A stretch of DNA of 64,000 nt from Clostridia bacterium (GTDB lineage: Bacteria > Bacillota > Clostridia > Christensenellales > Borkfalkiaceae): the NCBI GenBank assembly GCA_017408045.1, contig JAFQVL010000063.1, positions 5,568 to 69,567 of the forward strand, in the 5' to 3' direction. Both the position numbers and the translations under genes were made by a program. Positions 1 through 9,400 of this stretch are shown piece by piece; the stretch's first letter is position 1; every line of letters starts with the position of its first letter. The notes beneath the pieces were generated by a model. It worked only from the letters and a program-made list of their open reading frames with translations. It made no database searches and had not been told where the DNA came from.

Positions 1-178
1 TTTTTAACAAGGGGGCAGATAGGAACAGCACGGCAAGCGTGCAAACGATTGCGGAAACGAACGAGAAAAAGCAGGTAATAAACCCTTTTTTCCCATCTAC
101 AATCGCCCAAATCGCCAAGCCTATCAAAAAGACGATATCGGCTATATATTCTGCTTTGAAACCTATTGCAAGCAACAT
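1..178 (-). CDS. CvpA-like small membrane protein, N-terminal part (gene runs off the window)
   Basis: ATG at 178 preceded by GGAGAG. Translation is MLLAIGFKAEYIADIVFLIGLAIWAIVDGKKGFITCFFSFVSAIVCTLAVLF..., hydrophobic with a G-x-K-G-F motif like CvpA. It is open to the window edge, so it is absent from the ORF track. Confidence 0.4.
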   Translation of the reverse strand, partial: MLLAIGFKAEYIADIVFLIGLAIWAIVDGKKGFITCFFSFVSAIVCTLAVLFLSAPLLK

Positions 179-325
179 TTCGCTCTCCGTTTTTCTTGAT
201 TATTTCTTCGCGCAGCACGCACCTTTCTATCTTATATACAAGTATAGCATATTTTAGCCGCACATTACAAGACTTTTTTACAAATTTGTCGTATATTTCG
301 AAGGGATTTCGGCTATGATTGAAGC

Positions 326-940
326 ATGGAACACTCTTTTCACGCCTACAACTCCCATTGTTCGGGCGGCGTAGCCAGCTCTCTGCAACGCTTACTGCCG
401 TTAAAAAGTATGCAACCTGGGCACAACCCCGAGCCTAATTCAAGCGCCTCTGGGACTACGTTGCCCATCGTCGTCTGCGTCGGCAGCGACTTAGTCATAG
501 GGGACAGTTTAGGCCCTTTAACCGGAAGTATGCTCGCCTTTAAAACACAGGGGCTTGGAGCGTATATTTACGGTACTTTGCAAAGCCCTATCACCGCAAA
601 AGAGGTGAAATATTTAAAGGACTTTTTACGAAAAACCCATCCGGGGCGTGCGATTATCGCCGTAGACGCGGCGGTTGGACGGGTGGAGGATATCGGTATC
701 GTCAAGATCACTTCCTCTCCGCTTTCCCCAGGCGCTGGCGCAAATAAACAATTGGGCAGTTTCGGGGACGCCACGGTGCTGGGCGTAGTTGCCGAAAAAA
801 GCATGGGAAATTACGCCCTATTTAACAACACGCGGCTCAGGCTGGTGCATACGATGGCAGACAAAATCTCCGAGGGGATTGCTACCCTGCTGCACGACTA
901 TTCCGCGCGCGCGTATCATTCTTATCAAAGCGCCTTATAG
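326..940 (+). CDS. yyaC: spore protease YyaC (GPR-like, DUF1256)
   Basis: Motifs VVCVGSDLVIGDSLGPL, YGTL, IIAVDAAVGR, PLSPGAGANK and NNTRL match my recollection of B. subtilis YyaC. The gene is origin-proximal as in Bacillus. Confidence 0.8.
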   Translation: MEHSFHAYNSHCSGGVASSLQRLLPLKSMQPGHNPEPNSSASGTTLPIVVCVGSDLVIGDSLGPLTGSMLAFKTQGLGAYIYGTLQSPITAKEVKYLKDFLRKTHPGRAIIAVDAAVGRVEDIGIVKITSSPLSPGAGANKQLGSFGDATVLGVVAEKSMGNYALFNNTRLRLVHTMADKISEGIATLLHDYSARAYHSYQSAL

Positions 941-952
941 GCTACCTCTGCT

Positions 953-1489
953 CTACAAAAAGTAGGGCAGATTTTTTTTACGTAAGGTCTTTATGGTGAA
1001 ATAGAGCGGAACACCCAAAGCGTACACCCAAACGCTTTCGGTTGCGGCAAGCGAGGCAGCGAAAAAGAAATACGCGCCGACGGCTGTGGCTTGACCGCCC
1101 ATATCTCCGCACAAGAACACGATAACAAGAGGAATTAAAAAAGCGTTAAACAGTACGGGGGGCAAGCCTCCCAAGACGATTTTGCCGCCGTCTTTTTGGA
1201 AGAGCCTACCGATAAAATAGGTGCACAGCGCCGCCAGCAAGGTCGCCGCCCCACCCACCGCAACGTCGTAGATGGCAAAGGGGGACACGAGGTTCGCAAC
1301 CGCGCAACCGACAAGCAGCGCTGGCACAGCCTCTACGTAAAAAAGAGGCAATATACACAGCGCCTCGGCGGGTCGGATTTGTAAAAAGCCGTTATAAGCC
1401 AAAGCCGAAAACACCCACGTAAGCACGACGTATAAAGCCGCAATAATCCCTGCTCGGCACAGCCGACGGGTAGTAAAAAACTCTCTCAT
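953..1489 (-). CDS. queT: QueT family queuosine-precursor transporter (ECF S-component-like)
   Basis: Polytopic membrane protein with a QueT-like sequence. I chose the internal ATG at 1489 (MREFFTT...) because the promoter and riboswitch-like leader occupy 1499-1578. Confidence 0.7.
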   Translation of the reverse strand: MREFFTTRRLCRAGIIAALYVVLTWVFSALAYNGFLQIRPAEALCILPLFYVEAVPALLVGCAVANLVSPFAIYDVAVGGAATLLAALCTYFIGRLFQKDGGKIVLGGLPPVLFNAFLIPLVIVFLCGDMGGQATAVGAYFFFAASLAATESVWVYALGVPLYFTIKTLRKKNLPYFL

Positions 1490-1498
1490 ATACAATTT

Positions 1499-1540
1499 CC
1501 TCGGTTTTTTTAATCGGAAGTGTTTACCGAAAACCTTCCG
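1499..1540 (-). promoter_or_regulatory. preQ1 class I riboswitch candidate in the queT leader
   Basis: Minus-strand RNA is CGGAAGGUUUUCGGUAAACACUUCCGAUUAAAAAAACCGAGG. P1 is GGAAG/CUUCC, followed by an A-rich tail. Loop UCGG can pair with tail CCGA (pseudoknot P2), which would sequester the GAGG Shine-Dalgarno 10 nt before the ATG. This is the same layout as the Bsu and Tte preQ1-I aptamers. Confidence 0.6.
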
Positions 1541-1548
1541 TACGATTG

Positions 1549-1578
1549 AGTATAGCAAAAACCCGTATCATTTGTCAA
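1549..1578 (-). promoter_or_regulatory. sigma-A type promoter of queT
   Basis: On the minus strand, TTGACA (1573-1578), an 18-bp spacer, then TATACT (1549-1554). Confidence 0.55.
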
Positions 1579-1589
1579 GGCTTTTCTAT

Positions 1590-1618
1590 AAAAAAATACC
1601 TGCTTTAAAAGCAGGTAT
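1590..1618 (-). terminator. intrinsic terminator after jag
   Basis: 8-bp stem ATACCTGC/GCAGGTAT (1596-1603 / 1611-1618) with a 7-nt loop. The A7 run at 1590-1596 reads as T7 on the minus strand. Confidence 0.7.
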
Positions 1619-1625
1619 CTACTGT

Positions 1626-2519
1626 TTACATATCCTTACTGTTGCCAAGGAACGTGCCGAAGAAATCAGAAGACTTCTTCATCGACGTACCGCCGCCGCC
1701 CGTAGAGGGCTTTTTGTCGCGGTTCATCGACTTTCTGTCATAGCCACGGCTGCCCCGTCTATCATCACGTCTGCCGCCGCGTCTGTCGTCCCTTCTGCCA
1801 CCGCGTCTGTCGTCGCGTCTTTCCGATCTTGCAGCGATTGCAGGCGCATCGGGGTCTTCCAAGTTCTCAGGTACGATCACTACGTAGCGGTTGGGCTCTT
1901 TCCCTTCGCTCTCCGTCTTAACCCCCTCGTACTCAGACAACGCCGCGTGGATAATTCTTCTTTCGTAGGGGTTCATCGCTTCCAATTTGATTTTCTTGCC
2001 TAAGCGAATGGCTTTCGCCGCCAAGTTCTCTGCCAAGCGGTTGAGGGTAGCCTCTCTGCTCTCACGGTAATTTTCGCAATCTACCACCACTCTTTTATAA
2101 TCCTCGCGGCCCTTGTTTGCCACCGCGCCAGCGAGGGTTTGGATCGCGTCGAGCATTGCGCCGTGCTTACCGATCACCGATTGCGAATTTGCCGCAACTA
2201 CGTTGATTTCGATTTTCTTGTCCTCGGATACGAGCTGCGACACCGCTTCGATGTTCAAAATCTCAAACAGCCCGCCCAAGAAAGCAATGGCTCTTTCGCC
2301 GTCCGTTGCTTCCGCAGTCGTTTCTTCGCCAGCAACTTCCGCCGCTACCTCTGCCTCAGGCACACCGATTTCTACCTTTGCAGGAATCGAGCCGAACAAT
2401 TTTTTCTTTCCTTCTTCCAAAACGCGGATTTCTACGTCTGCTCTTTCCACGTTCAACTCGGCAAGCCCCTTTTGGATTGCATCTTCTACCGTCTTGCCAG
2501 TAAACTCTCTGTATTGCAT
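1626..2519 (-). CDS. jag: Jag/KhpB RNA-binding protein (Jag_N, KH, R3H) with Arg/Gly-rich C-terminal tail
   Basis: N-terminus MQYREFTGKTVEDAIQKGLAEL (Jag_N). R3H region NPYERRIIHAAL...EGKEPNRYVVI. Sits directly downstream of yidC, the conserved synteny. Confidence 0.85.
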   Translation of the reverse strand: MQYREFTGKTVEDAIQKGLAELNVERADVEIRVLEEGKKKLFGSIPAKVEIGVPEAEVAAEVAGEETTAEATDGERAIAFLGGLFEILNIEAVSQLVSEDKKIEINVVAANSQSVIGKHGAMLDAIQTLAGAVANKGREDYKRVVVDCENYRESREATLNRLAENLAAKAIRLGKKIKLEAMNPYERRIIHAALSEYEGVKTESEGKEPNRYVVIVPENLEDPDAPAIAARSERRDDRRGGRRDDRRGGRRDDRRGSRGYDRKSMNRDKKPSTGGGGTSMKKSSDFFGTFLGNSKDM

Positions 2520-2544
2520 GCTTTTTTCCTTCCTTTACTCTCTC

Positions 2545-4068
2545 TTATTTGTTCTTATTTTCTTTATTTTCTTTTTTCGGCTTATCTTCCTTGCCTTTTT
2601 TACCTTTCTCGTCCTTGTTGTCCTTCTGCCCGGGTAGCGTACGGTTCAATCTTTCCTGCATCGCCTTTTCTTCCTTCTTGCTCATCGTAACGTCCACGAT
2701 TTTATTGATAAGCATCGTAGACAACAACGAGAAGACGCTGGATATAACCATATAGATAGAGAATGCCGCGCTATACATAAACGCAAAGATACCGAACATA
2801 ACGGTCATGATGATCATGGTCGTTTTTTGCGTCGCCGCCTGCTGACCGTCTACGGACGAATACTTGTTCTGCGCTTTTTGCGAACGCATCGAAATAAACT
2901 GCTGCAGCAAAATCGTACCGATGGACAAAACAATCAAGATAAAGTATCCGTTCGGGGCTTCCTTTGCTTGCGTCAAGTTCATGGTAATTTCATGAAACGC
3001 CACTTCGCTGTAAGGGGATGCGTTAAATTTTTGCACGTTGGTGAAATCCACCGCCGTTCCGTTCACGTTAAACGTATTTTTGTCCCCATTAGGCAGCATT
3101 TTTTCGTGCGCAGTCAAAGGATGCTCGTACGCAGCGTCCACGTTCCAAACGTTCTTTACCCATAAAAAGCCTACGCGCGTAAAGGAATTGTCTTCATAGT
3201 CCTTGCGTACCGCCTCGCGCGCAATTTGGTAATAATAATTGCGGATTACGTTTTCGTTTTCATCGTCGTTCCCCGTCAACGTCAACGTAGGCGCAATCGC
3301 CAAGGTTCTATCCTTGTCCGTATAGTACTTTGCTTTTTCCGCCTGAACGGTTTTCTGCTCCTGTTCTACGGTTTCATAACTCGTTTGATATGCAACCGCC
3401 GCTTTGACGTATCTTACAAGGTTTTCCTTGGACAAATCGGTGAGGTTTTCGCTCGTCTTTATCGTATAATAAACCGCCTTACCGTCCTGTTGTACGGTGA
3501 TCGTGCCGTGCGCAGATTCCTCTTCCGTCGCCTCGTACCAAACGTACGTGAGCATGTCCTCGTTAATATTCTCCGTTTCGGGAGCAAAACTTTCAATCGC
3601 TTGGTTATAGGCGTGGACGAAACAGTTGTAGTTTTGCACGTTTGCATACTTTGCATACGCGTTGAAACCGCCGATTGCCGTAAAGAACACGACCATCGAA
3701 AGGATCATGGGTAAGCAAGAGGAAAACATCGAGATCCCGTTTTCCTTATACATTTCCATAACCTTTTGGTTGTATTTTTCCTTATCGTTGGCATACTGCT
3801 TTTGCAGTTTTTCCATTTTCGCTTGATTTTCCTGCATCTTGTTGTTTTGCTTACGCATTACCACTCTTTGATAAATATCAAGAGGCAAAACAATCAATTT
3901 CAAAAGCAGAGAAAATACGATAACGCCAATACCAACCGAGCCGATACCTGTAATCAGCCATTCGATAATTTGACCGATCCAGTTCAGCGAAATATCATAA
4001 GTTTGACCAAAGTGGTTCAACTCTATCGCATTGAGAAGTTGTATTATTTCCATATTGATTCTTTCCAT
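2545..4068 (-). CDS. yidC: membrane protein insertase YidC/Oxa1 family, unusually long (507 aa)
   Basis: YidC core motifs PLDIYQ...MQENQAKMEKLQKQY...MEMYKENGISMFSSCLPMIL, multiple TM segments and a Lys-rich C-terminal tail. The true start may be the ATG at 4053. Confidence 0.85.
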   Translation of the reverse strand: MERINMEIIQLLNAIELNHFGQTYDISLNWIGQIIEWLITGIGSVGIGVIVFSLLLKLIVLPLDIYQRVVMRKQNNKMQENQAKMEKLQKQYANDKEKYNQKVMEMYKENGISMFSSCLPMILSMVVFFTAIGGFNAYAKYANVQNYNCFVHAYNQAIESFAPETENINEDMLTYVWYEATEEESAHGTITVQQDGKAVYYTIKTSENLTDLSKENLVRYVKAAVAYQTSYETVEQEQKTVQAEKAKYYTDKDRTLAIAPTLTLTGNDDENENVIRNYYYQIAREAVRKDYEDNSFTRVGFLWVKNVWNVDAAYEHPLTAHEKMLPNGDKNTFNVNGTAVDFTNVQKFNASPYSEVAFHEITMNLTQAKEAPNGYFILIVLSIGTILLQQFISMRSQKAQNKYSSVDGQQAATQKTTMIIMTVMFGIFAFMYSAAFSIYMVISSVFSLLSTMLINKIVDVTMSKKEEKAMQERLNRTLPGQKDNKDEKGKKGKEDKPKKENKENKNK

Positions 4069-4119
4069 TTTGGCGTTTACAAACGCCGTTCTATGATTAT
4101 TTTGTCCGATTAAACCTGA

Positions 4120-4425
4120 TTACAATACCCATTTTTTCTTAAACGGGTTTTCAGGAGCAGGGTCGTAAGTACCACCTTTCACAAACGGCGTACACCGCAA
4201 AATACGGCACGCTCCCAAAAAAATCCCGATGATCACCCCGTGGTTGTTAATACACTCTAAGGTATATTGCGAACAAGTCGGGCGAAACATACAGGTATGC
4301 TTAGAGAGCCGTCTTTGGTAGAGCAAAATCAGCCGCATACACAGCATTTTACCATACGGTTTCCACACGGTTTTACGTAAAAACCTGCCGTTTTCTTGGA
4401 TAAGCAGACCAAGGTTAATCCTCAT
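4120..4425 (-). CDS. yidD: membrane protein insertion efficiency factor YidD
   Basis: YidD signature [20 protein letters not shown]...[14 protein letters not shown]. Its start overlaps the rnpA stop (ATGA). Confidence 0.8.
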   Translation of the reverse strand: MRINLGLLIQENGRFLRKTVWKPYGKMLCMRLILLYQRRLSKHTCMFRPTCSQYTLECINNHGVIIGIFLGACRILRCTPFVKGGTYDPAPENPFKKKWVL

Positions 4426-4739
4426 AGACGTCCCCTCTTTATCATTCGCTCTATATCCTCTTTGTAGGTGTGGAAGGAATATTTTTCCCCTACTTTAGGC
4501 AGTAAAACGACGGCATACGCCCCCTTCATTTCCCCTATCGCCATCCGAAACGCCTCTCTGAGCAGCCGCTTAATACGGTTGCGTTGCACGGCTTTTCCGT
4601 GTCTTTTTCCTACGGAAATCCCAAGCGTCATTTTTTTAGCAGGGCGTACAAGCATCGTTAAAGACGGCGAAAAAAGCCTTGTACCTGCGGTAAAAAGCTT
4701 TTGAAAATCCGATTGTTTTTTCAACCTGTAATATTTCAT
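4422..4739 (-). CDS. rnpA: ribonuclease P protein component
   Basis: [12 protein letters not shown]...[26 protein letters not shown] is typical RnpA. Lies in rpmH-rnpA-yidD-yidC synteny. Confidence 0.85.
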   Translation of the reverse strand: MKYYRLKKQSDFQKLFTAGTRLFSPSLTMLVRPAKKMTLGISVGKRHGKAVQRNRIKRLLREAFRMAIGEMKGAYAVVLLPKVGEKYSFHTYKEDIERMIKRGRL

Positions 4740-4886
4740 TCTTCCGTCTACACGCGCCCTTAATTTTTTTTAATTTAGCCTTTTTTTCTTCCTTTTCGCC
4801 CCGTTGTAGGGGGCAAACAGAAAGCGGCTAATTTACACGAAAACCGCCCAGCTTTTTTTGAACAAGGCGGTTTTATGTCATTTCAA

Positions 4887-5021
4887 TTAGTGGGTCAATC
4901 TCTTTCTACCCTTGTTTCTACGTCTTTTCAACACGTTTCTGCCTGCCGTCGTTGCCATTCTTTTACGGAAGCCGTGTACCTTGCTCTTCTGTCTTTTCTT
5001 GGGTTGATAAGTTCTTTTCAT
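4887..5021 (-). CDS. rpmH: 50S ribosomal protein L34
   Basis: Not in the ORF track because it is under 60 aa. Hand translation of the minus strand gives [44 protein letters not shown], 44 aa, a canonical L34. Confidence 0.9.
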   Translation of the reverse strand: MKRTYQPKKRQKSKVHGFRKRMATTAGRNVLKRRRNKGRKRLTH

Positions 5022-5101
5022 AACATTTCTCCTGTTTTTGGATTTTTTTATTCTTTGTGTTCATGGCGGACAAAAACGTCGTTTTTCCCGCAACCTTACA
5101 T

Positions 5102-5130
5102 ATTATACCGAAATCCACCTTTCTCGTCAA
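5102..5130 (-). promoter_or_regulatory. sigma-A type promoter of rpmH-rnpA
   Basis: On the minus strand, TTGACG (5125-5130), a 17-bp spacer, then TATAAT (5102-5107). Confidence 0.55.
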
Positions 5131-5183
5131 GCGATTTTTCCTCGTTTTTGCCTATAGGCGCGGATTTTTCAACCTTTTTTTGC

Positions 5184-6290
5184 TTAGTTGTCCATTTTGA
5201 CGGGCATCATCAGATACTCGCTGCCGTTTTCCTCTAAGCCCTCTACCGTATACGGCGACATCGGCGAATTGAAGGAAAGCACCGCTTTTTCCCCGGTCAG
5301 CGCCTTCAACGCCTCTAAGAGATACTTACCGTTGAGCGCAATTTTCAGTTCCTTGCCTTCCACTTCGCTCTTTTCCAAAATCTCATTGACGTTGCCCATA
5401 TCGCTCTGCGCCTGCAACACGATACCGCCCGTCTTGATCTCCAAAACGATGAGGTTGTATTTATCGCCGCGCATAATCACGATTGCGCGCTCTACGCAAT
5501 CTATGAGTTCCGCACGGTCCACAGTCGCCTTCGTCGTAAACGCCGCAGGGAAAATATGCTCCTTTCTGACGAATTCGCCAAGGTACAACTTGGATTTCAA
5601 AACGGTATCGCCTACGGACACCGACAGCATATTTTTCTCTACGTACAGTTTGAGGTTTTCATCCCCTTCCAAAATACGTGCGATTTCCGTCAAAGTTCTT
5701 GCGGGGCATACGATTTTTAAGTAGCCCGAGCCGCCTTGCAGGGGGCAGGAAGAAACCGCCATTCTAAACCCGTCCAAAGCGGTAGCGTTCAACGTGCCTT
5801 CGCTCGTTTCCAAAAGGCAGCCGCGAAGAATGGGGCGGCTGTCGTCGGTAGCGCAACAAAATACCGTGTTCGCAATCAGTTTTTTCAAATCCTCTTGCTT
5901 TACCTCGAGGTAATCCTGCGTAGGGTCGGCAGGAATGACGGGAAATTCTTCCGCAGGCAGAGTGGGCAGCAGGGTAGAACTATCGCCATAATGGATTTTC
6001 ATACCGTTTTCCTTGTAAGAAATAACAAGTTGCTTGTCCGCAATCTTATTGACGAAATCCGAGAAAAATTTACCGTTTACGCAAATTTCCCCTTCGTCTA
6101 AAACCTCTGCTTTCATGGTTTTTTTAATGGAAATTTCCCCGTCGAATGCGGTCAGCGTAATACTGTCGTTTTTGACGGAAATTTTAATACACTCATAGGC
6201 AGGAATTAACGTTTTCGTAGCGCAAGCCTTCGATACCGTAATCGCAGCATCCGCCAACACCAAACCGTCGCACATAAATTTCATATTCAT
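5184..6290 (-). CDS. dnaN: DNA polymerase III beta sliding clamp
   Basis: 368 aa with three-domain clamp-like sequence (MKFMCDG..., LNATALDGFRMA, ...MMPVKM). Confidence 0.9.
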   Translation of the reverse strand: MNMKFMCDGLVLADAAITVSKACATKTLIPAYECIKISVKNDSITLTAFDGEISIKKTMKAEVLDEGEICVNGKFFSDFVNKIADKQLVISYKENGMKIHYGDSSTLLPTLPAEEFPVIPADPTQDYLEVKQEDLKKLIANTVFCCATDDSRPILRGCLLETSEGTLNATALDGFRMAVSSCPLQGGSGYLKIVCPARTLTEIARILEGDENLKLYVEKNMLSVSVGDTVLKSKLYLGEFVRKEHIFPAAFTTKATVDRAELIDCVERAIVIMRGDKYNLIVLEIKTGGIVLQAQSDMGNVNEILEKSEVEGKELKIALNGKYLLEALKALTGEKAVLSFNSPMSPYTVEGLEENGSEYLMMPVKMDN

Positions 6291-6380
6291 TTTCTCCTTA
6301 GCGTTTTGTTCCCGTATATTGTACCATATTCCCCTTTTTTAAGCAAGTGAAAACAGCGTAATTTTCCAAGTTATTTTTAT

Positions 6381-6415
6381 AAAAAATAAAAAGGCAGGGG
6401 GCAACCCCCGCCTTT
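6381..6415 (-). terminator. intrinsic terminator after the LRR lipoprotein gene
   Basis: GC-rich stem GGCAGGGGG / CCCCCGCC (6393-6412), flanked by an A-run (T-run on the minus strand) and a T-run. Confidence 0.7.
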
Positions 6416-6419
6416 ATTT

Positions 6420-9400
6420 TTATAACTTATACCAATAATAATCGTAGTATGTCATCCTAAAATATTTTGCGTTGGTGGACGAATCCTCTACGCTTGTATT
6501 TGTACCGCCCGTTTTATTTTGCCAAGAATACAAGTTTGTTGTTTGATACCAAGCAAACGTGTCCTTAAAGGTAACGCTTGCCAAATTGCCGCACTTGTAG
6601 AACGCCTCTTTGCCAATACTCATTACACCGCCACCGATTTCTACGTTCGTCAAGCCGCAAGAATAGAAAGCTTGAATGCCGATACTCGTCACGCTATCGG
6701 GAATGACCACGTTCGTTAAACTGCTGCATGTGGCAAATGCATAATCACCGATAGACGTGACACCGTCACCAATTACCACACTCGTCAAACTGTTGCAACC
6801 GTAGAACGCATACTGATCGATGCCGCCACACGTAATTCTTACTTCCTTCAAGGAAGTAGGAACATAACTAGCATTATTCTTATAACTACTCCCCCCGAAA
6901 AGATACCCCAAGGGCTTATCTGCGAACCCGTCTTTTCTGTACCAACCAAACGGCATCGTAATACTTTCCAGCGATGAACAGCCATAGAACGCACTCACGC
7001 CAATCGAAGTTATGCTGTCGGGAATGACCACGCTTGTCAAAGTGTTGCAATTATAGAAAGCGCGTTCGTGAATCTCAGTAATATACGAAGGCAAAACCAA
7101 GTCCGTTTCCGTCCCCACGTATCCAACCAAAACCTTTTGGTCTCCGTCTGTACAAATTACATAGCCGTTGTCGTTAAGCAATTGACTTTCCGTTATACCG
7201 CTATCGCTATTGTATACCGCCAAAGCATAATACCCTACGTAGCCGTTGGTGGAATAACCTTTTTCCACAGTAATATGCGTAGACTTATTGATAACTTCTA
7301 TAAGTCTATTACATTGATAGAACGCCTTTTCGCCTATCGAAACAACGCTATTCGGGATAACCACACTCGTCAAACTACCGCAATTATAGAAGGCGTACGC
7401 CCCAATCGTAGTGATACTGTTGGAAAATTCCACGCTTTTCAAGCGATTGCACCAATAGAACGCATCGTCGCCAACATACACCACACTATCGGGCATAACA
7501 ACGCTCGTTAAATGATAACATTCGCTAAACGCACCGTTCTCAATACTGATTACTCCGTCCGGAATGATAAACGTCGTCGCCGTTTTTGCGGCTGCATATT
7601 GAATAAGCCTTGTCCCGTCCTTCGTATACAAATTACCTTCTATGGATTGATACGCCGTGTTGTTCTGATCAACGGTTACATTCGCCAAGTTAGTGCAACC
7701 ATAGAACGCCATTTTTTCTATCGAAATAACGCTTGCGGGTATGTCTATACTCGTCAAACCATCGCAATAAGCAAACGCTTTTTCACCGATAGAAGTTACG
7801 CTGTTCGGGATAACCACGTTCGTCAAGTTCTTAAATTGACAGAACGCATAATTTCCAATCGTGCTTACACCGTCGGGAATCACAAACTCGGTTATGATTT
7901 CGTTGTTTACATACAAATTCTCTACTCGCCATAAAGGATTTGCGGAAGAATTGCTAAACGAAATATTACACCAAGCCGCAAGATCCGTAATATATATCCC
8001 TTTTAACATTGTGTCCATTCCAGAGCCGAAGGCATAATTGCCTATTGAATTTACGCTGGCAGGTATGGTGATACTCTTCATATTTTCGCAAGACTCGAAC
8101 GCATAATCACCAATCGAAGTAACGCCGTCGGGAATCACCAAATCCGTTATATATTCATTGTTTACGTACAACGACCCTGCATACCATAAAGGGTTGGCGT
8201 AAGAATCCCCAAACGAAATATTACACCAAGCCGCAAGACTATCAACGTATACCTTCCATAAACCATTGCAATAATAGAATGCACCTTCGCCAATAGACGT
8301 TATATTGTCAGGAATGGTTATGCTTGCCAACTTATTGCAATCCTTGAATGCGTAATCGCCAATCGTATTTACGCTATTGCCAAGGGATACGCTCTTCACG
8401 CTGGCGCAATAAGCAAACGCTTTTTCACCAATCGTAATTACGTTTTCGCCGATGACTACACCTGTCGCGCTATCACAATAACAGAACGCACCTTTCCCGA
8501 TACTCACAACGCTGTTAGGAATGGTTATACTCGTCAACCTATGGCAATAAGCGAACGCGTAATCCCCAATCGCCGTTACGTTGATGGGAAGTGAAAACGA
8601 AGTGGCGCTTTTGCCGATTGCGTATTGAATAAGTGTTTTTCCGTCTTTGCTGTATAAATTTCCATCTATGGATTGATACACCGTATTGTTTTCCGATACG
8701 ATTATGCTCGTCAAGTAAGAGCAATCATAGAACGCTTTTTTTCCAATCGAAGTGACACTATCAGGAATAGCTATGCTTGTCAATCCGTTGCAATAAGCAA
8801 ACGCATAATCCCCAATGGAATTTACACCGTCGGGAACGGTTATACTCGTCAAACTATTACAATAATAGAACGCATTTTCGCCAATCGTAATTACGCTGGC
8901 GGGAACGGTTATGCTCGTCAAGCCCTTACAAAACTCGAACGCGCAATCACCAATCGAAGTTATGCCGTCGGGAATGGTTATGCTCGTCAAGTTGTTGCAA
9001 GACTCAAACGCGCCGTAAAGGATATTACCGCCTTTAACCACTACCGTTTTTAACGAAGTCGGAATATAGTAGGTGGTGCTGGTTGTACTGCTTGTGCTTG
9101 AACCGTAATAAGATTGTACGGTTTCTGTTCCGCCTGTATAACTATTCGCACCGAAAATATACCCGAACGGATATTGATAAGTATCGGTTGCTGTTTTTCT
9201 GCTGCCACCCACAAATGGAATGGTAATGCTTTTCAGCGAAGAACAACCGCTAAATGCGCCTTCCGAAATACTCGTTACGTAGTCGGGCACGACGATTTCC
9301 GTCACGTATTTATTTTTTACGCCCGTAATCTCACAGGTGGTCGTTGTAGACGTGAAGTTAAAACCGCTCATTTCCGCTTTTAACGCAAACTTTGCCGTCA

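Noticed and set aside
39-257. 72-aa plus-strand ORF at the window start
   Set aside because: It has no RBS or motif. The opposite strand has an RBS-preceded ATG at 178 that opens a CvpA-like membrane protein running off the window.
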